A stretch of DNA of 61,296 nt from Bacteroidales bacterium (GCA_017544105.1 JAFYEU010000049.1:1-61296), one strand, 5' to 3'; shown: positions 47,799 through 57,670, numbered from the stretch's first letter. Notes: a model not told the origin generated them from the letters alone. Numbers and translations: made by a program.

Positions 47799-48278
47799 AT
47801 GAGGAAAAAAATAATAATAATATGGATGATGGTCGTGTGTCTGTCATGTCTGGCAGCTCCCGTACATGCGCAAACCAGGGTGACCATCAGTTTCTACTCT
47901 GCCGCAGAACAGACCTTGACAGTCAGTGATGCGGGAAAGCTTTACTTCCAAGACAACTACCTGTATATCAATGAAGGATCGAGCGTTCCCTATTCCTTTC
48001 TTCTCTCTGCTATCTCGAAAATCACCTTTGCAGAAGAGACAGGGATAGGAGATATAGAGACGTCAGAGGTGCGTATTTATCCCAACCCGGCCACGGACAA
48101 CGTTCGTATCCATAACAACCGTGCCGAGCGTAGTTTGTATAGCCTGTATTCCAGCGATGGGCGGTTGCTCCAGCGTGGCGTGTGCCAGAATGACGAGCCT
48201 GTTGATGTCCAGCGCTATGCCAAGGGGCTTTATCTTCTTCAAGTGGATGGTGTAACCTTCAAAATCAGTAAGCTATGA
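47799..48278 (+). CDS. Small secreted protein with a T9SS C-terminal sorting domain (159 aa)
   Basis: Signal peptide MRKKIIIIWMMVVCLSCLAAPVHAQ. The C-terminal ~70 aa form a CTD (IYPNPATDNVRIHN...YAKGLYLLQVDGVTFKISKL). Only about 65 aa of mature passenger remain. Confidence 0.75.
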   Translation: MRKKIIIIWMMVVCLSCLAAPVHAQTRVTISFYSAAEQTLTVSDAGKLYFQDNYLYINEGSSVPYSFLLSAISKITFAEETGIGDIETSEVRIYPNPATDNVRIHNNRAERSLYSLYSSDGRLLQRGVCQNDEPVDVQRYAKGLYLLQVDGVTFKISKL

Positions 48279-50455
48279 AGAAGATATGGACCATATTTTG
48301 GATGATGTTGTGCTGGACCGTCCCTTCTTTTGCCCAGGAGGTGTTGCAGATTCATCACAATGGGCAAGTTACCTTTGAGGTGCCCGTTGCCGAGGTTGAC
48401 AGTATTCACTTCGCGGGTCCCAACGCTCTGCTCAGCACGGAAGATGGTCTCCAGACCTTCTCGTTTGCCCAGATTGATAGCATTACGTTTCAAGATGACA
48501 CCACCGTTTCAGGAGGCGACATCTACATCACCTATAACGGCACCTCTGTCACGGTTGTCAACCCCTTGGCTTCTGCTGGGGTGACGGTGACTGCCGATGG
48601 CGGAAATGTGTCGGTGCAAGCAGCGGCGGGCATCATGGATATCAACTACCATGTGTCGGGTGTCACTGCAGCCGGTTATCTGTACATCACCAGCGATAAG
48701 CGTTACAACCTGTATCTGGAGGGGGTCTCCATCACCAACCCCACGGGCCCGGCCATCTATTCCGTGGTGGATCAGAAGGTGCATGTCTATCTGTCGGGCA
48801 ACAACAGTTTGACAGACCATGCCTCCAGCACCTATAAGGCCGCTTTCCAGAGTAAAGGGCAGCTGATCTTTTGGGGCGCAGGCTCGCTGACTGTCAATGG
48901 GTTGGCCAAGAATGGCATCCATAGTGATGACCATATCAAGATCAACGGTGGCACGATCACGGTCGCTTCGGCGGTTAACGACGGTCTGCACTGCGACTAC
49001 TTTATCATGGCAGGCGGTTCGTTGACGGTGGCTGCCTCCGGGGATGGCATTGATGGCGACGCAGGCTATGTGCACATCACGGGTGGCACCGTGAATGTCA
49101 CCGCGGCGGCAGCCGACACCAAGGCCATCAAGTGTGACAGCACGCTGACCATCAGCGGAGGCACGGTCACGATCACCTGCAGCGGCAACCAGAGCAAGGG
49201 CCTGAAGAGTGCGCAGGATGTGGTCATTGACGGGGGGACTCTGCATATCACCGCTTCCGGTTCCACGGTCCTGGAGAGCACCACGTCGGGCAACAATCCC
49301 TCCTATTGTTCGGCTGTCGTGGCGGAACAGGATGTCATCATCACGGGAGGCGATATCACGTTGACGCTGCCCACCAGCAATCATGGGGGCAAGGGCATCT
49401 CTGCCGATGGCCATGTGAGCATCAGCGGTGGCAATATTGAGATCACCACGGCGGGCGCGGGCGCGGCCTACACCGTGTCGGGATCCACCAAAGATTCCTA
49501 TTCCAGCTGTTGCATCAAGAGTGACAGCACCACCACCATCACGGGAGGTCATATCGTCTGCAGCAGCACAGGCAGTGGCGGCAAGGGCATCCGCTCCAAC
49601 GGGAACCTCGTCATTGGCACGCTGGGTGAGGCTGACTCCAACCTGGTGCTGAACGTCTCCACTTCCGGTGAGCGTATCACGGTCTCCGGAAGCAGTTGGC
49701 CCGGTGGCATGGGAGGCGAATACTCCAATCCCAAGGCCATACGCAGTGATGGAAACCTGACCATCAACAGCGGTATCATCACCGTGACCTGCACCCAGAG
49801 CAATGAGGGAGGTGAAGGCATCGAGAGCAAGGCTATCCTCAGCATCAACGGTGGACAGCTGACGATCACCTCGACGGGTGATGATGCGATCAATGCCTCC
49901 TCGCGCCTGATGATCAACGGGGGCACCCTCTATGCCGCCTCCAGCAATAACGATGCGATAGACTGCAATGGCCCTATGTATGTCACGGGTGGTTTCACCA
50001 TCGCATCGGCTAGCAAGAGCCCGGAGGAGTCGTTCGATTGTGACAACAACACCTTCTCCATCACGGGTGGCACGCTGGTCGGTACTGCGCCCAGCGGCAT
50101 GTTCTCCAACCCGACGGCCAGCGTGTGCAGCCAGCATTCGTTGAAATATACCCATGCTGCCAATAATCATGTCCAGATCATCCGCAACAGCGACAATGCT
50201 GAGATCCTGACCTTCTACGTGCCCACGCTCTCCAGCGGTGGCGGCGGCGGTCCTGGCGGCGGTGGCGGCTCTTCGTCAGCCATCCTGTTCTTCAGCAGCC
50301 CCGAGTTCACCGCGGGCAGCTACACGTTGAAGTATGGTGGCACCATCAGCGGCGGCACCAACTTCCATAACTACTACACCGGAGCCACCTATGCCGGTGG
50401 AAGCTCCAAGACTTTCACCGTAGGCAGCTCCTACAGCATCACATCTGTCAACTGA
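48275..50455 (+). CDS. Cthe_2159-like carbohydrate-binding beta-helix protein (726 aa), no recognisable CTD
   Basis: Signal peptide, then many tandem coils of the type I-x-GGT-(I/V)-T-(I/V)-x-(A/S)-x-x-DG-(I/L) (INGGTITVASAVNDGLH, ITGGTVNVTAAAADTKAIK, ISGGTVTITCSGNQSKGLK...). Gly-rich linker SSGGGGGPGGGGGSSS. ATGA overlap with the upstream gene. Confidence 0.7.
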   Translation: MKKIWTIFWMMLCWTVPSFAQEVLQIHHNGQVTFEVPVAEVDSIHFAGPNALLSTEDGLQTFSFAQIDSITFQDDTTVSGGDIYITYNGTSVTVVNPLASAGVTVTADGGNVSVQAAAGIMDINYHVSGVTAAGYLYITSDKRYNLYLEGVSITNPTGPAIYSVVDQKVHVYLSGNNSLTDHASSTYKAAFQSKGQLIFWGAGSLTVNGLAKNGIHSDDHIKINGGTITVASAVNDGLHCDYFIMAGGSLTVAASGDGIDGDAGYVHITGGTVNVTAAAADTKAIKCDSTLTISGGTVTITCSGNQSKGLKSAQDVVIDGGTLHITASGSTVLESTTSGNNPSYCSAVVAEQDVIITGGDITLTLPTSNHGGKGISADGHVSISGGNIEITTAGAGAAYTVSGSTKDSYSSCCIKSDSTTTITGGHIVCSSTGSGGKGIRSNGNLVIGTLGEADSNLVLNVSTSGERITVSGSSWPGGMGGEYSNPKAIRSDGNLTINSGIITVTCTQSNEGGEGIESKAILSINGGQLTITSTGDDAINASSRLMINGGTLYAASSNNDAIDCNGPMYVTGGFTIASASKSPEESFDCDNNTFSITGGTLVGTAPSGMFSNPTASVCSQHSLKYTHAANNHVQIIRNSDNAEILTFYVPTLSSGGGGGPGGGGGSSSAILFFSSPEFTAGSYTLKYGGTISGGTNFHNYYTGATYAGGSSKTFTVGSSYSITSVN

Positions 50456-50494
50456 TATTTTGAAAACTTATTTGTAAGATATATTCACTGCATC

Positions 50495-52783
50495 ATGTAT
50501 TCAACAACTGGTAATACTGGAAATACAGCCAAAGAAAGCACGAAGAAGAAATCCTCATGGATTAAAAAGTTCTGGATTGTCTATCTGTGCCTGGTGGGCT
50601 TCGTCTGTCTGATCTTCTTCTTCATCTCCATGGGATGGATGGGATATATGCCCTCCTTCGCGGAGTTGGAGAGCCCGTCGGCCAACTTGGCCACCGAGGT
50701 CATCTCGGAAGACGGGGAGTTGCTCGGCACCTATTATCGGGAGAACCGTTCCAACTGTAAGTATGCAGACCTGTCTCAGCCGTTGAAGGATGCCCTGATC
50801 GCCACCGAGGACGCCCGCTTCTATCAGCACTCCGGTGTGGATGTGAAGGCACTCTTCAGGGTCGGTCTCGGCGTGGTGACCTTCCATCGTCGGGGTGGTG
50901 GCAGTACCATTACGCAACAGCTGGCGAAGAATCTGTTTCCGCGTGATCCCAAAGCCGGAAAGATCAAGCTGGTCTTCACCAAGTTCAAGGAATGGGTGGT
51001 GGCCACCAAGCTGGAGCGCCAGTACTCCAAGGATGAAATCCTGGCTATGTATTACAATACGGTCGATTTCGGAAATAACGCCGTCGGCATCAAGTCGGCC
51101 TCCCGTACCTATTTCGACAAGTCGCCCTCTGAGATCAACACGGAAGAGGCGGCCGTGCTGGTGGGTATGCTCAAGGCCCCGACCAAGTATAGCCCCCGTC
51201 GCCATTATCAGGCTTCCCTGGATCGTCGTAACACGGTGCTCAACCAGATGGAGAAGTATGGCTATCTGGAGAAACAGGATTGTGACTCCCTCAAGGCATT
51301 GCCTATCGATATATCCAAGTTCAAGTCGCAGGCCCACTACGCCGGCATTGCCACCTATTTCCGCGAATATCTTCGTATGTGGCTGAAGCAGTGGTGTATT
51401 GACCATCCCAAGAAGGATGGCTCCCAATATGACCTCTATTGTGACGGGTTGAAGGTGTACACGACCATCAATTCCCGGATGCAGCGCCATGCCGAGGCGG
51501 CCGTCAAGGAGCATGTATGCGACTACCTGCAGCCGCTCTTCTTCAATCATATCAAGAGCAACAAGAATGCACCCTTCGTGAATCTTTCGGAGGAGCAGAC
51601 CAACCGTATCCTTTGGAATGCCGTCAAGTTGTCGGAGCGTTATGACCGGGCGAAAGATGCCGGGTTGACCGACGAGCAGATCCGGGCGCAGTTCAATAAG
51701 AAGGTTCCCATGCAGGTCTATTCCCATCATGGCATGATTGACACGGTGATGACGCCTTTCGACTCCATCCGCTATTACAAGTCGTTTTTGCAATGCGGCA
51801 TGATGTGCATGGAGCCGAAGACCGGCTTTGTGAAGGCATACGTTGGAGGTATCAACTATGAGTATTTCCAGTTCGACCATGTGAAGCTCTCGAAGCGGCA
51901 GGTGGGTTCTACCTTCAAGCCATATGTCTATACGGTGGCCATGCAGAGTGGCGAGTTTGATCCATGCACCATGGTGCCGAATGTGCCGGTGACGATCGAG
52001 GTGCCGGGAGGCACGTGGACTCCGCACAATTCCGGAGGCTATAAGGAGGGTCAGATGATGCCGTTGCGCGAGGCCTTGGCCCAGTCCCTCAACCAAGTGT
52101 CCGCCTATCTGATGAAGCGCTTCGGGCCCGAGGCGGTCATCACGCTGGTGCGCAATATGGGCATGACCTCCGATATTCCCTCAGTGCCGTCCATCTGCCT
52201 GGGCGCGTGTGAGCTGTCGCTCTATGAGCAGGTCGGCGCCATCAACTGTTTCCCCAACCAGGGCGTCTACGTGGAGCCGATCTTCATCACCCGCATTTGC
52301 GACAAGGATGGCAACGTCATCTTCACCAATATCCCGAAGACCAATGAGGCGATAGACCAGATCACAGCCTTCAAGACCGTGCGTTTGATGCAGGGTGTGG
52401 TGGACTATGGTACGGGCGGACGTCTGCGCGGACAGTACAAGATCACCTTCCCGCTGGCCGGCAAGACGGGTACCACCGACAACCAGTCCGACGGCTGGTT
52501 CGTGGGCTATACGCCGGTGCTGACCTGTGGCGTCTGGGTGGGCTGTGAAGACCGTGCCGCGCACTTCCGGACCACCGCGTTGGGCCAGGGCGCACGTACC
52601 GCCATGCCTGTGTTTGCCCTCTTCATGCAGAAGGTCTATTCCGACCCTAACCTGAAGTATGCCGCTATCGTGCAGTCCCAGAAGGAGGGCTATAGCTTCC
52701 CCATCCCGTCAGCCTATACCGGCGATGCGTCTGGGTGTAATGAGAATAAGGAAGAGCAGGTACACGAACTGAATTTCGATTAG
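50495..52783 (+). CDS. mrcA: Penicillin-binding protein 1A (bifunctional transglycosylase/transpeptidase)
   Basis: N-terminal TM helix. GT51 motifs (EDARFYQHSGVD, GGSTITQQL). Transpeptidase motifs STFKP, SLN, KTGTT. Confidence 0.92.
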   Translation: MYSTTGNTGNTAKESTKKKSSWIKKFWIVYLCLVGFVCLIFFFISMGWMGYMPSFAELESPSANLATEVISEDGELLGTYYRENRSNCKYADLSQPLKDALIATEDARFYQHSGVDVKALFRVGLGVVTFHRRGGGSTITQQLAKNLFPRDPKAGKIKLVFTKFKEWVVATKLERQYSKDEILAMYYNTVDFGNNAVGIKSASRTYFDKSPSEINTEEAAVLVGMLKAPTKYSPRRHYQASLDRRNTVLNQMEKYGYLEKQDCDSLKALPIDISKFKSQAHYAGIATYFREYLRMWLKQWCIDHPKKDGSQYDLYCDGLKVYTTINSRMQRHAEAAVKEHVCDYLQPLFFNHIKSNKNAPFVNLSEEQTNRILWNAVKLSERYDRAKDAGLTDEQIRAQFNKKVPMQVYSHHGMIDTVMTPFDSIRYYKSFLQCGMMCMEPKTGFVKAYVGGINYEYFQFDHVKLSKRQVGSTFKPYVYTVAMQSGEFDPCTMVPNVPVTIEVPGGTWTPHNSGGYKEGQMMPLREALAQSLNQVSAYLMKRFGPEAVITLVRNMGMTSDIPSVPSICLGACELSLYEQVGAINCFPNQGVYVEPIFITRICDKDGNVIFTNIPKTNEAIDQITAFKTVRLMQGVVDYGTGGRLRGQYKITFPLAGKTGTTDNQSDGWFVGYTPVLTCGVWVGCEDRAAHFRTTALGQGARTAMPVFALFMQKVYSDPNLKYAAIVQSQKEGYSFPIPSAYTGDASGCNENKEEQVHELNFD

Positions 52784-52801
52784 AGAGGGCTCTGAAAAGA
52801 A

Positions 52802-53659
52802 CTATTTGTCGGAGTCCTGGAGGCGCTGGGTGCGTTCCGCTATCAGCTTCTCCAGCGGCTCTTGAACAATCTCTTCTACCATGCATTGTTCCGCGTTGGC
52901 AGCTTTTCTGACCAGTTCCTCGTAGTGATAGGCTATTGAGCCGCTCAGCTGCCAGGGGATGCCCGGCGGGAAGTATGGTTTTTGCTTGGAGAAGAAGTCG
53001 CGAAAAGCGCCCGTCACCATTTCATCGATAAAGGGGTGGGAGAGATGCTCATGGATGAAAGGGGAGAAGGAAGCCATGAACTGATTCGGCTTAGGCTCGC
53101 TGTACAGTCGATGTATGGTGCTCTGGAAGGTCAGATGATATTGTGTTTCCAGCTGTTGAGACAATTCTTCGGGAAGGCTCCCCTGGAGATAGTGGGTGAG
53201 GAGATGCTTGCCGAGGTTGGTGCCGCTGCCCTCGTCACCTAGCATGTAGCCCAGGGAAGGTGGGCGAAGGGTTATCTCATGGCCATCGAAGAGGCAGGTG
53301 GCCGCGCCCGTGCCGAGGATGCCGATGATAGACTGTCTTCCGGTGCTCAGGGCCAGACAGACCACCATCAAGTCGGTGTCCACGGTCAGATGAGCGCTGG
53401 GGAAGTAATCCTGCAGGATCAGGCGCATCTTCTGCTGGTTGGCGGTGGTGGCGCAGCCAGCCCCATAGTATTCTACCGTGCCAATTTGCAGTAGGTCTGG
53501 GCACTTGGAGACAAACAGAGCAAAGGAGGCACGGATGTCTGCTTCGGGAGTGTAGTTCGCGTTGATGCCGGGTGTGTTGCATCGGAATAGCCTGCCCCCT
53601 TCACCGATAACGGAAAAGGCGGTCTTGGTGGCGCCAGCGTCGATGAGAAGTGTGCTCAT
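52802..53659 (-). CDS. BadF/BadG/BcrA/BcrD-type ATPase (N-acetylglucosamine kinase-like)
   Basis: LLIDAGATKTAF...GILGTGAATC...GYMLGDEGSGTNLG, motifs of ASKHA-fold sugar kinases. 285 aa. Confidence 0.7.
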   Translation of the reverse strand: MSTLLIDAGATKTAFSVIGEGGRLFRCNTPGINANYTPEADIRASFALFVSKCPDLLQIGTVEYYGAGCATTANQQKMRLILQDYFPSAHLTVDTDLMVVCLALSTGRQSIIGILGTGAATCLFDGHEITLRPPSLGYMLGDEGSGTNLGKHLLTHYLQGSLPEELSQQLETQYHLTFQSTIHRLYSEPKPNQFMASFSPFIHEHLSHPFIDEMVTGAFRDFFSKQKPYFPPGIPWQLSGSIAYHYEELVRKAANAEQCMVEEIVQEPLEKLIAERTQRLQDSDK

Positions 53660-53668
53660 GGCAAGGTT

Positions 53669-54502
53669 TTATATCAGGTCGTCGCGAAGGATGCAGGCAG
53701 GGTTGTGGCGTTTGAACTCGGCTGCCAGATAACGCTTGATGAGCGGGTGTTCCTTCAAGGAATCATCGCCTTGGAAGTAGGCGGCGAAGAGGCGGTCGGC
53801 CTCATAATAGTTGGCCACGCCCAGCTGTTCGCAGTCGGAGTTGCTGATGCCGAGGCCGTCCACGGGGGTGGCGTCGATGCACGACTGCAGGGCAGCCTGC
53901 TGCTCAGGGGTCTCCTCGGCCAGCAGGTAGTTGGAGAGCGCATAGACCTCCGTCTTCCAGAGATGCTGCATGGGTGCATAGTCGCCCACATCGCCATGCA
54001 GGGTCCAGAAGCCCGTCAGGTATTCCGTGTAGTTGTCGGTGCTGATGACCATGCCGCGATAGAGCTGGGCCAGATCATAGAGCACCATCATGCGCATACG
54101 GGCCTTCATGTTGCCCTGGCGCAGCTTGGAGAGCTGCGAGTCATCGTAGTGGATGAGCAACTGCTTGTTGGCCAAGAAGGTCTCCGTGATGTCCAGATGC
54201 TGGAAGTCGTGGCAGAAGGCCTCGCCCACCGCGATGGAACGGGCGATCTCGTCCTCCTTGTTGGTCTCGATGGTGATGGAGCGGCCGATCAAGGGGATGT
54301 GGAGCTCTTCGCAGACGGGACGGAGCAGGGCGGCGCAGAGGGCGCTGTCGATGCCGCCGGAGATGCCCAGTACTAAGGACTGCAGCCGGCTGGTGGCGAC
54401 ATAGTCGTGCATGATGCCGCGGATCTTCTCCGCAAGGGCTTTCATCTGTTGCTCGCCAGCAAGAAACGGAAAATAACTGGCAGGGGGAATGGTGTATTGC
54501 AT
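53669..54502 (-). CDS. nadE: Ammonia-dependent NAD(+) synthetase
   Basis: PP-loop LVLGISGGIDSALCAAL. 277 aa with NadE-like downstream motifs. Confidence 0.85.
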   Translation of the reverse strand: MQYTIPPASYFPFLAGEQQMKALAEKIRGIMHDYVATSRLQSLVLGISGGIDSALCAALLRPVCEELHIPLIGRSITIETNKEDEIARSIAVGEAFCHDFQHLDITETFLANKQLLIHYDDSQLSKLRQGNMKARMRMMVLYDLAQLYRGMVISTDNYTEYLTGFWTLHGDVGDYAPMQHLWKTEVYALSNYLLAEETPEQQAALQSCIDATPVDGLGISNSDCEQLGVANYYEADRLFAAYFQGDDSLKEHPLIKRYLAAEFKRHNPACILRDDLI

Positions 54503-54532
54503 AACGTGGTGTTTTTATTCGAGGATGTGTGG

Positions 54533-54901
54533 TTATTTTTTAAAAAGAAAGTAAACGGCCAGGACAAGCAGCGCGAAGCCGATGAGATGGTTGATCCTGA
54601 AGTGCTCGTTTCTGAAGCAAAGCAGGGTCAAGATGGTGAAGATGGTCAGGGAAACGGCTTCTTGGATGACCTTCAGCTGCCATAGGTTGAACGGGCCGCC
54701 GTTGCCGACATAGCCGATGCGGTTGGCTGGAATCATGAACGAGTATTCGAATCCGGCCACCAGCCAGCTGAGCAAGATGATGAGGGGCAGCGACAACTTG
54801 CTGAAAGCGGGCAAGCTCTGGAACTTGAGGTTGCCATACCAGGCAAAGAACATAAAGCAGTTGCTGACGACAAGCAGAAGGACACTCTGTAAACCTTTCA
54901 T
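54533..54901 (-). CDS. DMT-superfamily small membrane protein (DUF486-like)
   Basis: 122 aa with four TM helices. N-terminus MKGLQSVLLLVVSNCFMFFAWYGNLKF is typical of DUF486. Confidence 0.7.
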   Translation of the reverse strand: MKGLQSVLLLVVSNCFMFFAWYGNLKFQSLPAFSKLSLPLIILLSWLVAGFEYSFMIPANRIGYVGNGGPFNLWQLKVIQEAVSLTIFTILTLLCFRNEHFRINHLIGFALLVLAVYFLFKK

Positions 54902-54939
54902 TGTGTAAGGATGATATGATCGTGAATTATTTGGAGGCG

Positions 54940-54947
54940 CAAAAATA
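54940..54947 (-). promoter_or_regulatory. Putative -7 box (TATTTTTG on minus strand) for the DUF486/nadE/kinase unit
   Basis: CAAAAATA on the plus strand, 39 nt upstream of the start at 54901. Confidence 0.5.
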
Positions 54948-54981
54948 AAAAAAAAGTGGAGACGCTAGATGCGCCTCCACT
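54947..54981 (-). terminator. Rho-independent terminator after the Cys/Met PLP-enzyme gene
   Basis: 11-position stem AGTGGAGACGC/GCGCCTCCACT (one mismatch) with a 5-nt loop, followed by T9 on the minus strand. Confidence 0.7.
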
Positions 54982-55003
54982 TTCTGCGTTTATAGCGATA
55001 TGC

Positions 55004-56200
55004 TTATTTGGTTGCGTCGATAGCTTTCTTGATAAGTTGGAAGGTACGCTCGGGATCGTTGTCCAGACCCATGGAGAAGCGGATGAGGCCTTCGCTCATG
55101 CCCATCTCTTTCTGGATGCTCTCGGGCACCTCGGAGGAGGTGGACTTGCCAGAGTTGCTGAAGAGGGTCTTGAAGTAGCCCAAACTGACAGCGAGGTAGC
55201 CCACGCCCAGTTCCTGCATCTTCTCCATGATGGCGCTGGCTCTTTCGGCTGTGCCCATGTCGATGGAGATCATGCCGCCGAAGCCGTATCCTTCGTTCAT
55301 CATTGATTTGAACAGCTCGTGGTCAGGGTGCTCCGGAAGACCGGGGTAGTTATACTTGATGCCGGTCTCTTTGAAGCGTTTTGCTAAGTACATGGCGTTC
55401 TCGCTGTGTTTCTTCATGCGGATGTGCAGGGTGTGGAGGTTCTTCTGGATGCTGGTGGAGCGGAAGGTGTCCAATACGGGACCCAGCAGCATGGCGGTGC
55501 CGGTGTTCACGTCAATCAGGGAGTTGATGTATTCGGCAGTGCCGCAGATGGCGCCGGCCACGCAGTCGTTCATGCCGTTTACATATTTGGTCATACTGTA
55601 GATGACTACATCTGCACCCAAGCGGTACGGTGAGAAGATCATGGGAGTGAAAGTGTTGTCAACCAACAGTTTGGCGCCGATGCCGTGGGCGATCTTGGCC
55701 AACTCGGGGATGTTGGCGATGCGCAGCAACGGGTTGTTCATCGTCTCGGTGTAGAGCACTTTGGTGTTGGGGCGGATGGCCTTCTTTACGGCATCAAGAT
55801 CCTGCATGTTCACGAAGGTGACGTCCACATTGAACTTCTTGAGGTAGTTGTTCAAGAAAGCGAAAGTGCCGCCATAGGTGGTCATGCTGGCCACGATGTG
55901 GTCGCCAGCCTTAACCTCATGCAACAAGGCCACGGTGATGGCGGCCATGCCGGAACCGGTGGTCCATGCCAGCTCGGTGCCCTCGATGGCGGCTAATGAC
56001 TGTGCCAAAGAGAGGGTGCTGGGGTTCCAGTGGCGGGAGTAGAGGAAGTAGCCCTCGGTCTCACCATGGAAGGTGTCGGTCATGGTCTTGGCCTGTTCAA
56101 ACATGAAGGTGGCGCTATCACAGATAGCCGGGTTGACGCCACGGTAGGCATCTTTTTTGTCCAATTTTTCAAGGTTGGTTGCGGGATCAAATTTTTCCAT
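55004..56200 (-). CDS. Cys/Met-metabolism PLP-dependent enzyme (trans-sulfuration family; methionine gamma-lyase / O-acetylhomoserine sulfhydrylase-like)
   Basis: 398 aa: YSRHWNPS, TGSGMAAI, and the PLP-lysine context VIYSMTKYVNG. Exact specificity cannot be decided by eye. Confidence 0.75.
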   Translation of the reverse strand: MEKFDPATNLEKLDKKDAYRGVNPAICDSATFMFEQAKTMTDTFHGETEGYFLYSRHWNPSTLSLAQSLAAIEGTELAWTTGSGMAAITVALLHEVKAGDHIVASMTTYGGTFAFLNNYLKKFNVDVTFVNMQDLDAVKKAIRPNTKVLYTETMNNPLLRIANIPELAKIAHGIGAKLLVDNTFTPMIFSPYRLGADVVIYSMTKYVNGMNDCVAGAICGTAEYINSLIDVNTGTAMLLGPVLDTFRSTSIQKNLHTLHIRMKKHSENAMYLAKRFKETGIKYNYPGLPEHPDHELFKSMMNEGYGFGGMISIDMGTAERASAIMEKMQELGVGYLAVSLGYFKTLFSNSGKSTSSEVPESIQKEMGMSEGLIRFSMGLDNDPERTFQLIKKAIDATK

Positions 56201-56254
56201 TGTATTGGTAGTTTTTTATGTTATGAATAATGATTTATGATCGTTTTGTCGGAT

Positions 56255-57643
56255 TTATCGGAAGAAGAACCGTCGGATATCGAGGCCCATGGCATAGACC
56301 ATCAAGGCGATGAGCAGGATGAAGCCGATGGTGTTGGCGATGCCCAGGAACTTGTCGTTGGGCTTGCGGCCGGTGATCATCTCCACGAGGATGAAGAGCA
56401 GGTATCCGCCGTCGAGGCCCGGGATCGGGATGATGTTCATGAAGGCGAGGATGATGCCCAGCAGGGCGGTCATATTCCAGAAGCGGTACCAATCCCACAC
56501 CTTCGGGAAGATGCTGCCGATGGTCAGGAAGCTGCCCAGCTGGGTGGCGCCCTCCTTGGTGAAGATGATCTTGAACTGCTTCACATAGTCTGCCAAGGTG
56601 TGGAAGCCCATGGAGATGCCTTTGGGGATGGACTGGAAGAAGCCATACTCCACCTTGACGGTGCTGAAGTACTCGTAAGGTTGCTTGTAGGACACCCCGA
56701 TCAGGCCGGCAGAGTCGGGCGTGATGGTGGTGGTATAGAGTGAGTCGCCGCGGTAGAACTGGAGGGCGAGGGGTTGTTCTTTGTGACTGTCGAAGGCCCG
56801 TTTGTAGTCGAAGAAGCAGAAGGTGAGACTGTCGTCAAGGCTGACGAGCGAGTCACCGCGTTGCAGGCCGGCCTCGCAGGCTTTGGAGCCCGGCATCACG
56901 CTGTCGATGACAAAGGGGATTCTGTAGTTGCAGAAGAGGGTACTTGTGCCGGCGCCCACAACCTTGCGGGCAAGGGTCTTGGGGATGTCCAACACCACTT
57001 GCTGTCCGTCACGCACCACGGTCACCGTCTTCACATCGTCCAGCAACAGGTCGTTGGCAAAATCCGTGATCGTCTTGGGACGGGTGGAGTCGATGAGCAG
57101 CACCTTGTCGCCGTTCCGGAAGCCGGCATCCTGCATCTCTTGGGAGAACTCCAGGCCGTAGCGGGCGTTTTCCAGGGGGATGTATTCCTGACCCCAATGG
57201 AAGCAGATGGCGATGTAGATGATGATGGCCGACAGGAAGTTGACCAGCACGCCGCCACTGATGATGAGGAGGCGTTGCCAGGCGGGCTTGGAGCGGAATT
57301 CGTAGTCGTGCACCTCCGAAGAGAGGTCGGAAGCCTTGGTGGTCTCATCGACCATGCCGTTGATGGAGCAGTAGCCGCCAAGAGGCAGCCAGCCGAGGCC
57401 CCATTCGGTGCTCTCAGGATGGTTGGCCCATTCTTCCGGGCTCTTTGTGGCGAAAAACTTGAAGTGGAACTTGCCGTCAAAACGCTTCATCTTCAAAATG
57501 GAGAAGCCGGGGTTGAAGAAAACGTAGAACTGGTCTACACGCGTTTTAAATATCTTGGCGAAAGTAAAATGTCCTAATTCATGGGTCACTACGAGAAAGG
57601 TCAGACTCGCCATGAAACCTAAGATCTGCATTCCAATACCCAT
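56255..57643 (-). CDS. rseP: RIP site-2 zinc metalloprotease RseP
   Basis: HELGH motif in TM1 (VVTHELGHFTFAK). PDZ region. C-terminal NIIPIPGLDGG motif. 462 aa. Confidence 0.88.
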   Translation of the reverse strand: MGIGMQILGFMASLTFLVVTHELGHFTFAKIFKTRVDQFYVFFNPGFSILKMKRFDGKFHFKFFATKSPEEWANHPESTEWGLGWLPLGGYCSINGMVDETTKASDLSSEVHDYEFRSKPAWQRLLIISGGVLVNFLSAIIIYIAICFHWGQEYIPLENARYGLEFSQEMQDAGFRNGDKVLLIDSTRPKTITDFANDLLLDDVKTVTVVRDGQQVVLDIPKTLARKVVGAGTSTLFCNYRIPFVIDSVMPGSKACEAGLQRGDSLVSLDDSLTFCFFDYKRAFDSHKEQPLALQFYRGDSLYTTTITPDSAGLIGVSYKQPYEYFSTVKVEYGFFQSIPKGISMGFHTLADYVKQFKIIFTKEGATQLGSFLTIGSIFPKVWDWYRFWNMTALLGIILAFMNIIPIPGLDGGYLLFILVEMITGRKPNDKFLGIANTIGFILLIALMVYAMGLDIRRFFFR

Positions 57644-57670
57644 ATCTGTTTCTTTCTATAAAATCGGCCG

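Noticed and set aside
48509-50170. 553-aa ORF antisense to the beta-helix gene. Similar long antisense ORFs occur at 27568-28680, 34005-35366, 37167-38285, 50555-52096, 5049-6092, 3835-4791, 21364-22104, 15177-15980 and 56774-57577.
   Set aside because: Each lies entirely inside, and opposite to, a gene with clear family signatures. Their translations are low-complexity (rich in R/G/H/V/L) with no recognisable motifs. They are shadow ORFs typical of GC-balanced genes with RNY-biased codons.
50237-50269. A (GGN)11 tract encoding GGGGGPGGGGG inside the beta-helix gene, considered as a possible slippage hot-spot.
   Set aside because: The codons are heterogeneous (ggt/ggc/cct), so it is not a perfect microsatellite. 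It is more simply explained as a flexible Gly linker between domains.
54933-54980. GGAGGCGC (54933-54940) can pair with GCGCCTCC (54971-54978) as an alternative to the terminator stem, which suggests an attenuator.
   Set aside because: On the transcribed (minus) strand the alternative partner lies downstream of the U-tract, so it cannot compete with terminator formation during transcription. It is probably a coincidence of GC-rich 8-mers.
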